NCBI GenBank assembly: GCA_032718475.1
Contig: JAUCBJ010001286.1
Coordinates: 95,255 to 159,254, forward strand
Reading direction: 5' to 3'
Length of the DNA stretch: 64,000 nt
Source: Nemertoderma westbladi
Lineage: Eukaryota > Animalia > Xenacoelomorpha
Below are positions 35,231 to 48,200 of the stretch, one piece after another. Below the pieces are notes generated by a model. The model was not told the DNA's origin and made no database searches. It was given only the letters and a program-made list of their open reading frames with translations. Within the stretch, counting starts at the first letter, position 1; each line of letters opens with the position of its first letter. The translations under genes and the position numbers were made by a program.

Positions 35231-37306
35231 CTATCCGTCACTATCAGGCATTTCATCCGTGGCAGCTTCGCTTAGTAGTTCCAACTCTTCTATGGGCTTA
35301 CAAGCGTAACACTCTTCATTTAATTCATCCCAGCATTGACCGCAATACCCAAATGAACAACTTTTGTTTGGACATTTAAAATATTTCGATTTCTTGTTAG
35401 AGCTGTCTCCACAAACCAAACACTTATCCCAACTCGAGCCTATTAGTTTCGTACAAGGTCTCAGAAATGGCAACTCCGACGACAAGGCCATCATAAACGT
35501 ATTATCATGCTCTAGTTTCCTTTTCTTTGCATTTCTCACCAGTCTCTTTATAGCGAACCGGATATAGGTGACTCGCTTTTTTAGAGTCGTGTTATACAGC
35601 CAAAGTATCCGTTGTTTTTCCCGTTTTCTATAAAAGAATGCGCATATCCTGCTTCTGCTCCGCATGAAGTAACGCTCAAGATATTGAAGAACAGCCAAAG
35701 TTGTTAAAAGAATGTAAATTTCTACTAGAATGTGCGTAGCAGTTTGTGCTGGTTTTACCATACACTTGTCATTCGATTCTTGAATGTCTATGGTATATAT
35801 CTGAGTGGGGTCTTTCAGCGCTCCCAATAACTCCCTGAATGTTTCAGCCAAAAACCCTTCCCCCATAACCTTATACTGAAACACATGACGCCCAATAGCC
35901 TCTGTTCCCGTTCTTGTATGCGAATATACCAAATCCATGGCATTGAAAATTAATTTGTCCATAATAACAATGACAGTAACGATAATTACACGAAGAACAA
36001 GCTGCACTACTTGGATCATAAAAGATGTCTTCTCTTTTGCGTTTAATTTAAGACTATAGGGTTCAGTTAAAATTTTCTTCTCCAACTTTCTGAGCGGAAA
36101 TAAGTATCTTGATCCTCTTTCCAACCTTCTTCTATCAATTCTTTCGAAATAATTTGTAATAAAATGATTATCATAGCTGATGTCTTCCATGTAGTTTTTC
36201 TCGTATGTGTAAGCCGAATAGAATATCGTCATAAATACCAACGACATCACAAGTACGAGTACATCTACAACGAGAACGAACCAGGCCTTAACTTGCCGAA
36301 AATAATACTCCAGCTCCATTGCAAAATCAGCGCTAAGTCTGATGTAGAGGTTCTCTGGATTTGTTGTCAACTTGTACAAGATGTTCACCTGTAGTTGAGT
36401 GTCGATTTCCCGTATGGAGTCTCGAGTTTTAACGTAAATATCCGAAATATCAGGCGGAATGTAGGATTCCTCCGGGCAGATAAATTCGATCCAGTACATG
36501 AATCCGCACCAAGGTGCTTTTATGATCGCACATAGGAGAGATGCCGCCCATTCGGGCCAACCTATAGCTGCCATGCACTTCTTGTGCACCCTAGCCAATT
36601 CCTTCTTGCACTTTTTTTTCGCCATTCTAAATATTTTATCACAACTCACTTCCAACTTCTCCTCATATGAATCTATCATGGCCTCTTTATCTTTATAGTC
36701 CCCGTCTTCATCGTGACTATCATCAAATCCTCGTTCGAATTCGTTAATAATCGGAAAGAAATCCTCCTTAAGACCTTCTGTTTTCTCAGCCATGTTTTTG
36801 CTTTTCATCGTAATATTCGCCATAGACAGGAAAAACGGCGCATTAATGAAGTTGAATATAGCTATGGAATGTCGAAATCCCATCTCCGTGGAACACGCTA
36901 TCGAAAAAGCTATAGACTGGAAGTTATTCCCCATATTTACAATGGGGTACTCGATGACCAGTCCAAGAATAACCGTAGCTAACACAGTACGCCCGGCCCG
37001 ACCGCACATGGTGGGTATGAGCAGACAGACTAGGCACCGACAATAGGATGACAGACCTACACCGACGGTAATCGGTACGACTAACGAGTAGAAGATGACG
37101 TCTCTGTAGTACTGAGAGAAAGAAAGATTGAGCATGTAGAGATTGTAGAAAGAGACACCGATAATGTATCCAATAGCCGCCCCGAATATAAGTCTTACGA
37201 TGTAATATATAAAGGATGGCTGTTCCTCAAATATCGTTGTATAGATCGGCGGGATCCAGATGCGCAGCCACAGCTGAAATCGTTCTATTAGCAGTCGGAC
37301 CTTCAT
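35231..37306 (-). CDS. DCST1: DC-STAMP-domain multipass membrane protein (DCST1/Sneaky-like sperm-egg fusion factor), intronless, nested in the kelch gene's last intron
   Basis: Multiple TM segments, Cys-rich ectoloop, YDNHFITNYFERIDRRR..LFPLRKLEK, ICAFFYRKREKQRILWLYN, C-terminal CLVC..C..C..YCGQCW..CYAC RING-like cluster; ATG at 37306. DCST1 versus DCST2 is not certain. Confidence 0.85.
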   Translation of the reverse strand: MKVRLLIERFQLWLRIWIPPIYTTIFEEQPSFIYYIVRLIFGAAIGYIIGVSFYNLYMLNLSFSQYYRDVIFYSLVVPITVGVGLSSYCRCLVCLLIPTMCGRAGRTVLATVILGLVIEYPIVNMGNNFQSIAFSIACSTEMGFRHSIAIFNFINAPFFLSMANITMKSKNMAEKTEGLKEDFFPIINEFERGFDDSHDEDGDYKDKEAMIDSYEEKLEVSCDKIFRMAKKKCKKELARVHKKCMAAIGWPEWAASLLCAIIKAPWCGFMYWIEFICPEESYIPPDISDIYVKTRDSIREIDTQLQVNILYKLTTNPENLYIRLSADFAMELEYYFRQVKAWFVLVVDVLVLVMSLVFMTIFYSAYTYEKNYMEDISYDNHFITNYFERIDRRRLERGSRYLFPLRKLEKKILTEPYSLKLNAKEKTSFMIQVVQLVLRVIIVTVIVIMDKLIFNAMDLVYSHTRTGTEAIGRHVFQYKVMGEGFLAETFRELLGALKDPTQIYTIDIQESNDKCMVKPAQTATHILVEIYILLTTLAVLQYLERYFMRSRSRICAFFYRKREKQRILWLYNTTLKKRVTYIRFAIKRLVRNAKKRKLEHDNTFMMALSSELPFLRPCTKLIGSSWDKCLVCGDSSNKKSKYFKCPNKSCSFGYCGQCWDELNEECYACKPIEELELLSEAATDEMPDSDG

Positions 37307-37405
37307 TGCCACAATAACAGTATTATCTTTTTATGAAACTTATGTCAATATTATTAATCTCATTTAAGTCCCATGTCCTTCACAACAATTAATAAATAAT
37401 ATATA

Positions 37406-37773
37406 AAGCACCATTTTCGTTAGCAAAAGTTATACAAAAATTATCAAAAGTTATATAACTATTTCCAAAGCCTCTATTAAAAGCTATATAAAAATTTCTA
37501 AAAGTTATTAAAAATTCTTAAAAGTTATATAATATTCGTAACAGTTAAATAAAGTAAATTAACTACAGTACTGCGTTTATAAATATTCTAGAATACATAA
37601 TTAGGCTGACAATAATACAATCGGATTACTATGTAATTCTTATATCACGTTTTGGAATTTTGATACAATTTTGAGGAATTTTTATTTTTTATATAACTTT
37701 TAAAAATTTTATACATCTTTTAATACAACTTTTTGAAATTTTTATACAACTTTTGCTATCGAAAATGGTGCTT
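37406..37773. mobile_element. AT-rich MITE with long TIRs, ~100 bp upstream of the DCST ATG
   Basis: aagcaccattttcgttagcaaaagttatacaaaaatt is the near-perfect reverse complement of aatttttatacaacttttgctatcgaaaatggtgctt. Confidence 0.85.
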
Positions 37774-38966
37774 AATATATATAGCAGTGTTAAAAATTTC
37801 AAACACTTCTTTTAGCTAACGAATTTTCTCGATTTCGTATCCCTGGGTTAATTATAATTGTCGGACCACGGTAGGTAAAGAATCGGGAGCATGGACATCG
37901 ATAAATATTTTATTTGTTGTTTTTAAGTCACATTTTTTACCAAACTTATTAACAAATTTAACAAAAAGAAGACCACTTTTATGTCAACAGAATAGCAATG
38001 TTTGAATTACAATTAACATAATGTCATGTATTTTCCATAACATTAATTGCATTAGGCCTACTATTTCATTAAAATACATAGCGCTGATGGTATACACAGT
38101 TTATTTAATATTCTAGAATATTATAATATCATAAAAGGGCCTACTCTCTACCTATTTTGATATTTTGCTTTATCCATTTCATTACGTTAATTATTAGGGT
38201 ATGTTATGTAATTGACGATATTTAAGCTAAAATAGGGCCAGATTAAAGTGAAAAGAAAGCTAGACAGGACAATCCGCAGAAAATCCATTACGTCACGATG
38301 TTAATTTTCTACGAAAGACTTAAAACATTAAATTCATCGACAGTGTAGTCTCATTACACCGCGCCCTGGAATATAGTCGTAAATCGGTGAAACGTGTACG
38401 TGTTAAACAATGCAAATATATTTGAATTTGGTTGCGATATAGCTGAGATATGGGCATTTGAATGTTCCATGTATTTACTTGCGCTGCAGGCCATTTATTC
38501 TATTAATAAATACACAATGTTCTGGAACATTTTGTTTATCTCATTAGTAGCTGGGCAACAATGCAATGACTATAATTAAAGTAAAATTACATTGATATTC
38601 ATAAATAATCAATATGTTCTAGAACATGGCGTATTTATTAAATATAATAAACGGATTGTAGCGGAAGTGAATACATACTGTACAACATTCGAAAGCCCAT
38701 AATATATCAACTATTTCCCTACCAAATTAAATATGTTCCTTTTACGGCCAGCTTTCCACAAGTACCAACAACTGGTATAAGGTTGAAACTGAATTACGAC
38801 TGGTGCAATATCGCCTGCGACACTTTTTTCAAATGCTTGTAACTAAAGATTGAAAGCGAAAATAAAAATTCTGGCTCACCCACTAAGCTTTTTCTGTTTC
38901 AAATTTAAATAAATCTCATTTTAATTTGTAGAACAATATAGCGGGGGGGGGGGGGGGGGGGTCTAT

Positions 38967-39180
38967 GGGTGAGTGTACAAAACAAAGACCAAAAGAGGTA
39001 AAGTCGCGTTAGGTCCCATTGCCATTTAAAGGAACAGGGTACAGAGTCGTGTTGGAGGAACCAAAACAATAAACGACAGTTAACGCATGTTACAAGATTA
39101 TGCAGGTCTGGGTCTTTATTTTATTATCTTTTCTTTTATTATTTTTGTTTGACTATTGGGTGTTTGTTTTGTATTCACCC
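38967..39180 (+). mobile_element. GGGTGA-family MITE
   Basis: TIRs gggtgagtgtacaaaacaaagacc / gggtgtttgttttgtattcaccc; no clear TSD. Confidence 0.75.
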
Positions 39181-39487
39181 GGGGGGAGTATCACTGATTT
39201 ACGACACCGTATTCCAGGACATGTGAATTAGATGTTAAACAGCTACCACAAGATAATGTGAAGACGTAGAGCAAAGGATGTGTTCTGAAAGTGGCCACAG
39301 CCTCCACCTTGAACAACCTTCATGAATTCTTAAGGAAGGAATTGCAACACCGGATGGGACTGTGAAGAAAGCAATTGTATGGTCGGGATGAATGCGGTCA
39401 GAAGAACTGCATAAACTAAAGCGGGGTGACATCAAGAAAACGGATTGTGGGTTTGTCATCGTGTTTAGCAGATCGAAGCAAGTTGGT

Positions 39488-41495
39488 GAAATCCATACGG
39501 GTACCACACTGTACTTGTGGTTACTGAGTTGATACTTACTGAAATCCATACGGGTACCACACTGTACTTGTGGTTACTGAGTTGATACTTACTGAAATCC
39601 ATACGGGTACCACACTGTACTTGTGCTTACTGAGTTGATACTTACTGAAATCCATACGGGTACCACACTGTACTTGTGGTTACTGAGTTGGCACATGCTG
39701 AAATCCATACGGGTACCACACTACACTTGTGGTTACTGAGTTGATACTTACTGAAATCCATACGGGTACCCCATTGTACTTGTGGTTACTGAGTTGATAC
39801 TTACTGAAATCCATACGGGTACCACACTGTACTTGTGGTTACTGAGTTGGCACATGCTGAAATCCATACGGGTACCACACTACACTTGTGGTTACTGAGT
39901 TGATACTTACTGAAATCCATACGGGTACCCCATTGTACTTGTGGTTACTGAGTTGATACTTACTGAAATCCATTCGGGTACCACATTGTACTTGTGGTTA
40001 CTGAGTTGATACTTACTGAAATCCATGGGTACCACACTGTACTTGTGGTTACTGAGATGATACTAAATGAAATCCATACGGGTACCACACTGTACTTGTG
40101 GTTACTGAGTTGATACTTACTGAAATCCATTCGGGTACCACATTGTACTTGTGGTTACTGAGTTGATACTTACTGAAATCCATGGGTACCACACTGTACT
40201 TGTGGTTACTGAGATGATACTAAATGAAATCCATACGGGTACCACACTGTACTTGTGGTTACTGAGTTGATACTTACTGAAATCCATACGGGTACCACAC
40301 TGTACTTGTGGTTACTGAGTTGATACTTACTGAAATCCATACGGGCACCACACTGTACTTGTGGTTCCTGAGTTGGCACATACTGAAATCCATACGGGTA
40401 CCACACTGCACTTGTGGTTACTGAGTTGATACTTGCTGAAATCCATACGGGTACCACATTGTACTTGTGGTTACTGAGTTGATACTTACTGAAATCCATA
40501 CGGGTACCACATTGTACTTGTGGTTACTGAGTTGATACTTACTGAAATCCATACGGGTACCACACTGTACTTGTGGTTACTGAGTTGATAATTACTGAAA
40601 TCCATACGGATACCACACTGTACTTGTGGTTACTGAGTTGATACTTACTGAAATCCATACGGGTACCACACTGTACTTGTGGTTACTGAGTTGATACTTA
40701 CTGAAATCCATACGGGTACCACACTGTACTTGTGGTTACTGAGTTGGTACTTACTGAAATCCATACGGGTACCACACTGTACTTGTGGTTACTGAGTTGA
40801 TAATTACTGAAATCCATACGGATACCACACTGTACTTGTGGTTACTGAGTTGATACTTACTGAAATCCATACGGGTACCACACTGTACTTGTGGTTACTG
40901 AGTTGATACTTACTGAAATCCATACGGGTACCACACTGTACTTGTGGTTACTGAGTTGGTACTTACTGAAATCCATACGGGTACCACACTGTACTTGTGG
41001 ATACTGAGTTGATAATTACTGAAATCCATACGGGTACCACACTGTACTTGTGGATACTGAGTTGATAATTACTGAAATCCATAAGGATACCACACTGTAC
41101 TTGTGGTTACTGAGTTGGTACTTACTGAAATCCATACGGGTACCACACTGTACTTGTGGATACTGAGTTGATAATTACTGAAATCCATACGGGTACCACA
41201 CTGTATTTGTGGTTACTGAGTTGGTACTTACTGAAATCCATACGGGTACCACACTGTACTTGTGGTTACTGAGTTGATACTTACTGAAATCCATACGGGT
41301 ACCACACTGTACTTGTGGTTACTGAGTTGATAATTACTGAAATCCATACGGGTACCACACTGTACTTGTGGTTACTGAGTTGATACTTACTGAAATCCAT
41401 ACGGGTACCACACTATACTTGTGGTTACTGAGTTGCTACTTACTGAAATCCATACGGGTACCACACTGTACTTGTGGTTACTGAGTTGATACTTA
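39488..41495. repeat. Intronic 53-bp tandem array (~38 copies)
   Basis: Unit ctgaaatccatacgggtaccacactgtacttgtggttactgagttgatactta, highly homogeneous. Confidence 0.97.
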
Positions 41496-41656
41496 CTTAT
41501 ATTAATATACCAGCGCGGAGGTGTCTTTTTTTAATCGTTGTAATATGCCTAGCAACATGCCGTGAACATGGTGATTGTTGCAGTGAATTTTTCTTAATTA
41601 GGCGTCACCAAATATTGTTTTTCCCCTACTCTATTGGTGAACTGAAAGGAACTGAC

Positions 41657-41853
41657 CTGCGACGAATATTCTGTCTGCCAGTACACATAAACCGAAGTTA
41701 CTGCGTTGGGTTATCATTGGGGGGAGTATTTCCCAGCGGTTACTGCACGGGTTGTATCGTTCCGCCGATCTGAGTCGCGACTCACCATCGTAACCTCCTA
41801 TTATGTAAATCTTCCCTTTATAAACACAGGCTGATAACCCGGATCTGGGACTA
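41657..41853 (-). CDS. KLHL10: KLHL10-like kelch exon
   Basis: ttgcag|..SPRSGLSACVYKGKIYIIGGYDGESRLRSAERYNPCSNRWEILPPMITQRSNFGLCVLADRIFVAG|gtcagt; phases fit neighbouring exons. Confidence 0.9.
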
Positions 41854-42683
41854 CTGCAATGGATAACGCAAACAATTAAAAACAATGAGTAAATTAAAGT
41901 TTTATTCTTCAGTTTGGCTAGGGATTACGCACAAAATCATACGACTAATTTCCAGTGCCCCCCCCCCCCCCCCAGAACTATACTCCCAAGAGGAGACTGG
42001 TGTTAATTTAGCCACAATGCGGTAGAGATGAGGTAGAGAAGCGCCTGGCTAGTCCTTTTAAAGCATTTGTGCCTAAATTTAGACTCCCCCCCCCCCCCCA
42101 TGCGGGGATCGAAACCACGACCTCCGAAGAGTTGAGTATTCAAGGTAACCGATTGTTTTTATACCAAACACAGATGGGGGGGGGGGGGGGGGGGGGGGGG
42201 TCGCAGGGCGCTGGGAAAATATAAGAAAATAACATTGGATTGCCCTATAAAATATAACTGTAACCTAGATGCTATTAACCGCTTATTGTTTTCGTTAGAA
42301 TAACGTACCACTGTAACCTGCTCCTATCCCTAGAGTGGTAATTTAACATTTAGACGAAATATTAATTCGCCGAGTTTTGAAATTAGGAAAGTCAATTATA
42401 AGAATTTAATATTATAAAAATATATGTAATATATACTGTATGAGTATAACGTTGATTTCCAAATCGGAGTTTGTACTCTTTATGATTTAGGGTTATAGAT
42501 TATAGGTTGTTTTGGATTGAATGCGATAAATTTGTATGCGCGTGACTAAATACTTCTCAAATTCCAGATAGGGGCCTACGCGTATTGATAAAGTTATATC
42601 AGGTAACTCATGTTAGTCATATACTTATTTGGTGTAGAAGGGAGTCAGAAAGTGGTGTGTAACCATTTGTGATGTTTAATTAC

Positions 42684-42815
42684 CTCATAGTTGGTAGTGC
42701 CACCCACTCATTTGTTTGCGGCGTATATTTCTCAGCAGTTGGCAAACATTCGTGTCCGTTAAAACCACCAAACATATATATACAGCCATCAAATGCCACA
42801 GCGCAGGAATCGCTC
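42684..42815 (-). CDS. KLHL10: KLHL10-like kelch exon
   Basis: ttttag|G SDSCAVAFDGCIYMFGGFNGHECLPTAEKYTPQTNEWVALPTM AG|gtaatt; 132 nt, phase 2/2. Confidence 0.9.
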
Positions 42816-42924
42816 CTAAAAAATAAACGAGACACGCCTAAATACTTAATATTTACGTATATAATAATGTAAAGAGACTTTTATAATATCGATCAAACTT
42901 GACATCGCAACGTTGGTACACGTA

Positions 42925-45900
42925 CTTATGTTGTGTCCACCACCCACCTAGTATAAATCATACGCTGCACTTGTGTTGTGTCCACAACTCACCTAGTATA
43001 AATCATACGCTGTACTTGTGTTGAGTCCACCCCACCACCCACCTAGTTTAAATAATACGCTGTACTTGTGTTGTGTGCATCACCCACCTAGTATAAATCA
43101 TACGCTGCACTTGTGTTGTGTCCACCACCCATCCACCTAGTATAAATCATACGCTGTACTTGTGTTGAGTCCACCCCACCACCCACCTAGTTTAAATAAT
43201 ACGCTGTACTTGTGTTGTGTGCATCACCCACCTAGTATAAATCATACGCTGTACTTGTGTTGAGTCCACCCCACCACCCACCTAGTTTAAATAATACGCT
43301 GTACTTGTGTTGTGTGCATCACCCACCTAGTATAAATCATACGCTGCACTTGTGTTGTGTCCACCACCCACCCACCTAGTATAAATCATACGCTGCACTT
43401 GTGTTGTGTCCACAACCCACCTAGTATAAATAATACGCTGTACTTGTGTTGTGTGCATCACCCACCTAGTATAAATCATACGCTGCTCTTGTGTTGTGTC
43501 CACCACACACCTAGTACAAATCATACGCTGTACTTGTGTTGTGTCCACCAACAACCACCTAGTTTAAATGATACGCTGCACTTGTGTTGTGTGCATCACC
43601 CACCTAGTATAAATCATACGCTGCACTTGTGTTGTGTCCACCACCCACCCACCTAGTATAAATCATACGCTGCACTTGTGTTGTGTCCACAACCCACCTA
43701 GTATAAATCATACGCTGCACTTGTGTTGTGTCCACCACCCACCCACCTAGTATAAATCATACGCTGCACTTGTGTTGTGTCCACAACCCACCTAGTATAA
43801 ATCATACGCTGCACTTGTGTTGTGTCCACCACCCACCCACCTAGTATAAATCATACGCTGCACTTGTGTTGTGTCCACCACCCACCCACCTAGTATAAAT
43901 CATACGCTGCACTTGTGTTGTGTCCACAACCCACCTAGTATAAATAATACGCTGTACTTGTGTTGTGTGCATCACCCACCTAGTATAAATCATACGCTGC
44001 TATGGTGTTGTGTCCACCACACACCTAGTACAAATCATACGCTGTACTTGTGTTGTGTCCACCAACAACCACCTAGTTTAAATGATACGCTGCACTTGTG
44101 TTGTGTGCATCACCCACCTAGTATAAATCATACGCTGCACTTGTGTTGTGTCCACCACCCCCACTTAGTATAAATCAAACGCAGTACTTGTGTTGTGTCC
44201 ACCCCACCACCCACATAGTATAAATCATACGCTGTACTTGTTGTTGTGTCCATCACCCACCTAGTATAAATCATGCGCTGCACTTGTGTTGTGTCCACCA
44301 CCCACCTAGTATAAATCATACGCTGCACTTGTGTTGTGTCCACCACTCATCCACCTAGTATAAATCATACGCTGCACTTGTGTTGTGTCCACCACCCACC
44401 ACATCGTATAAATCATACGCTGCACTTATGTTGTGTCCACCACCCACCCACCTAGTATAAATCATACGCTGCACTTGTGTTGTGTCCACCACCCATCCAC
44501 CTAGTATAAATCATACGATGCACTTGTGTTGTGTCCACCACCCACCCACCTAGTATAAATAATACGCTGCGCTTGTGTTGTGTCCACCACCCACCCACAT
44601 AGTATAAATCATACGCTGCACTTGTGTTGTGTCCACCACCCACCCACCTAGTATAAATCATACGCTGCACTTGTGTTGTGTCCACCACCCACCCACCTAT
44701 TATATATATTACGCTGCACTTGTGTTGTGTCCACCACCCACCCACCTAGTATAAATATTACGCTGCACTTGTGTTATGTCCACCACCCACCCACCTAGTA
44801 TAAATCATACGCTGCACTTGTGTTGTGTCCACCACCCACCCACCTAGTATAAATCATACGCTGGACTTGTGTTGTGTCCACCACCAACCCACCTAGTATA
44901 AATAATACGCTGCACTTGTGTTGTGTCCACCACCCATCCACCTAGTATAAATCATACGCTGTACTTGTGTTGTGTCCAGTCCACCCCACCACCCACCTAG
45001 TATAAATCATACGCTGCACTTGTGTTGCGTCCACCCCACCACTCACCTAGTATAAATCATACGCTGCACTTGTGTTGTGTCCACCACCAACCCACCTAGT
45101 ATAAATCATACGCTGCACTTGTGTTGTGTCCACCACCAACCCACCTAGTATAAATAATACGCTGGACTTGTGTTGTGTCCACCACCAACCCACCTAGTAT
45201 AAATAATACGCTGCACTTGTGTTGTGTCCACCACCCATCCACCTAGTATAAATCATACGCTGTACTTGTGTTGTGTCCAGTCCACCCCACCACCCACCTA
45301 GTATAAATCATACGCTGCACTTGTGTTGCGTCCACCCCACCACTCACCTAGTATAAATCATACGCTGCACTTGTGTTGTGTCCACCACCAACCCACCTAG
45401 TATAAATCATACGCTGCACTTATGTTGTGTCCACCACCAACCCACCTAGTATAAATAATACGCTGCACTTGTGTTGTGTCCACCACCCATCCACCTAGTA
45501 TAAATCATACGCTGCACTTGTGTTGTGTCCACCACCAACCCACCTAGTATAAATAATACGCTGCACTTGTGTTGTGTCCACCACCCATCCACCTAGTATA
45601 AATCATACGCTGGACTTGTGTTGTGTCCACCACCAACCCACCTAGTATAAATAATACGCTGCACTTGTGTTGTGTCCACCACCCATCCACCTAGTATAAA
45701 TCATACGCTGTACTTGTGTTGTGTCCAGTCCACCCCACCACCCACCTAGTATAAATCATACGCTGCACTTGTGTTGTGTCCACCACCAACCCACCTAGTA
45801 TAAATCATACGCTGCACTTGTGTTGTGTCCACCACCAACCCACCTAGTATAAATCATACGCTGTACTTGTGTTGTGTCCACCACCAACCCACCTAGTATA

Positions 45901-47616
45901 AATCATACGCTGCACTTGTGTTGTGTCCACCACCAACCCACCTAGTATAAATCATACGCTGCACTTGTGTTGTGTCCAGTCCACCCCACCACCCACCTAG
46001 TATAAATCATACGCTGCACTTGTGTTGTGTCCACCACCAACCCACCTAGTATAAATCATACGCTGCACTTGTGTTGTGTCCACCACCCACCCACCTAGTA
46101 TAAATCATACGCTGCACTTGTGTTGTGTCCACCACCAACCCACCTAGTATAAATCATACGCTGCACTTGTGTTGTGTCCACCACCCACCCACCTAGTATA
46201 AATCATACGCTGCACTTGTGTTGTGTCCACCACCCACCCACCTAGTATAAATCATACGCTGCACTTGTGTTGTGTCCACCACCCACCCACCTAGTATAAA
46301 TCATACGCTGCACTTGTGTTGTGTCCACCACCAACCCACCTAGTATAAATCATACGCTGTACTTGTGTTGTGTCCACCACCAACCCACCTAGTATAAATC
46401 ATACGCTGCACTTGTGTTGTGTCCACCACCAACCCACCTAGTATAAATCATACGCTGCACTTGTGTTGTGTCCAGTCCACCCCACCACCCACATAGTATA
46501 AATCATACGCTGGACTTGTGTTGTGTCCACCACCAACCCACCTAGTATAAATAATACGCTGCACTGGTGTTGTGTCCACCACCCATCCACCTAGTATAAA
46601 TCATACGCTGTACTTGTGTTGTGTCCAGTCCACCCCACCACCCACCTAGTATAAATCATACGCTGCACTTGTGTTGTGTCCACCACCAACCCACCTAGTA
46701 TAAATCATACGCTGCACTTGTGTTGTGTCCACCACCAACCCACCTAGTATAAATCATACGCTGCACTTGTGTTGTGTCCACCACCAACCCACCTAGTATA
46801 AATCATACGCTGCACTTGTGTTGTGTCCACCACCAACCCACCTAGTATAAATCATACGCTGCACTTGTGTTGTGTCCACCACCAACCCACCTAGTATAAA
46901 TCATACGCTGCACTTGTGTTGTGTCCACCACCAACCCACCTAGTATAAATAATACGCTGCACTTGTGTTGTGTCCACCACCCATCCACCTAGTATAAATC
47001 ATACGCTGGACTTGTGTTGTGTCCACCACCCACCCACCTAGTATAAATCATACGCTGGACTTGTGTTGTGTCCACCACCAACCCACCTAGTATAAATAAT
47101 ACGCTGCACTTGTGTTGTGTCCACCACCCATCCACCTAGTATAAATCATACGCTGTACTTGTGTTGTGTCCAGTCCACCCCACCACCCACCTAGTATAAA
47201 TCATACGCTGCACTTGTGTTGTGTCCACCACCAACCCACCTAGTATAAATCATACGCTGCACTTGTGTCCACCACCAACCCACCTAGTATAAATAATACG
47301 CTGCACTTGTGTTGTGTCCACCACCCACCCACCTAGTATAAATTATACGCTGCACTTGTGTTGTGTCCACCACCCATCCACCTAGTATAAATCATACGCT
47401 GTACTTGTGTTGTGTCCAGTCCACCCCACCACCCACCTAGTATAAATCATACGCTGCACTTGTGTTGCGTCCACCCCACCACTCACCTAGTATAAATCAT
47501 ACGCTGCACTTGTGTTGTGTCCACCACCAACCCACCTAGTATAAATCATACGCTGCACTTGTGTTGTGTCCACCACCCACCCACCTAGTATAAATCATAC
47601 GCTGCACTTGTGTCCA
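42925..47616. repeat. Intronic ~49-bp tandem array (~95 copies) derived from the kelch exon end plus splice donor
   Basis: Unit cctagtataaatcatacgctgcacttgtgttgtgtccaccacccaccca; the terminal copy overlaps the coding exon at 47585-47616. Confidence 0.97.
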
Positions 47617-47786
47617 CAAGTTGGTGTTAATGTTATATTTTTCCACGTTGTCGTGTCGATGTCTCCCATCGAAACCTCCCAGAGAGTAGATAAAGTTACC
47701 CAATAAAGCGACGCTAACGTAACATCGTCTAAAGTGCATTGGCGCCTTGTTGGTCCATTGTTGTGTCGTTGTATTAAACATCTTAG
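47585..47786 (-). CDS. KLHL10: KLHL10-like kelch exon
   Basis: tcgcag|CT KMFNTTTQQWTNKAPMHFRRCYVSVALLGNFIYSLGGFDGRHRHDNVEKYNINTNLWTQVQRMIYT AG|gtgggt; RRCYVSV is typical of KLHL10. Confidence 0.9.
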
Positions 47787-48200
47787 CTGCGAAACATAAT
47801 ACAGAAGAGTTTATGAGGATTTATAGTTATTACATCAACGTAACAGTAAAAAAACTTGTCTTTAGTGGATTAAAAAAATATATTTAATTTAATACATTAA
47901 AGGAAATGACCAGGTTACAATTGTGGTGTTTTCAAACCAAAACAATAAACGAAAATTTATTTCATATGCGACCAATTTGCGCCGAAGATAACTTGTTTCT
48001 CTTCCGGAACTTTATCTTTACTATCACTGGTTTTACGACAATGTGTGTGTATCGTAATTATAAGTTGATAACTAATATTAGATTTATTGAAATTTATTAA
48101 TAAATTGGGCTGAAATTAAAACGAGAGTTCAATTTAAAATACAGGGAATTATTCAAACCCAATGTTGTTTTATTTATATGGATTTTTTTAATTTTTTTTA

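Noticed and set aside
39488-47616. CRISPR-like appearance of the 53-bp and 49-bp arrays (also 1-2545)
   Set aside because: No unique spacers, no cas genes, and a eukaryotic intron context; these are tandem repeats.
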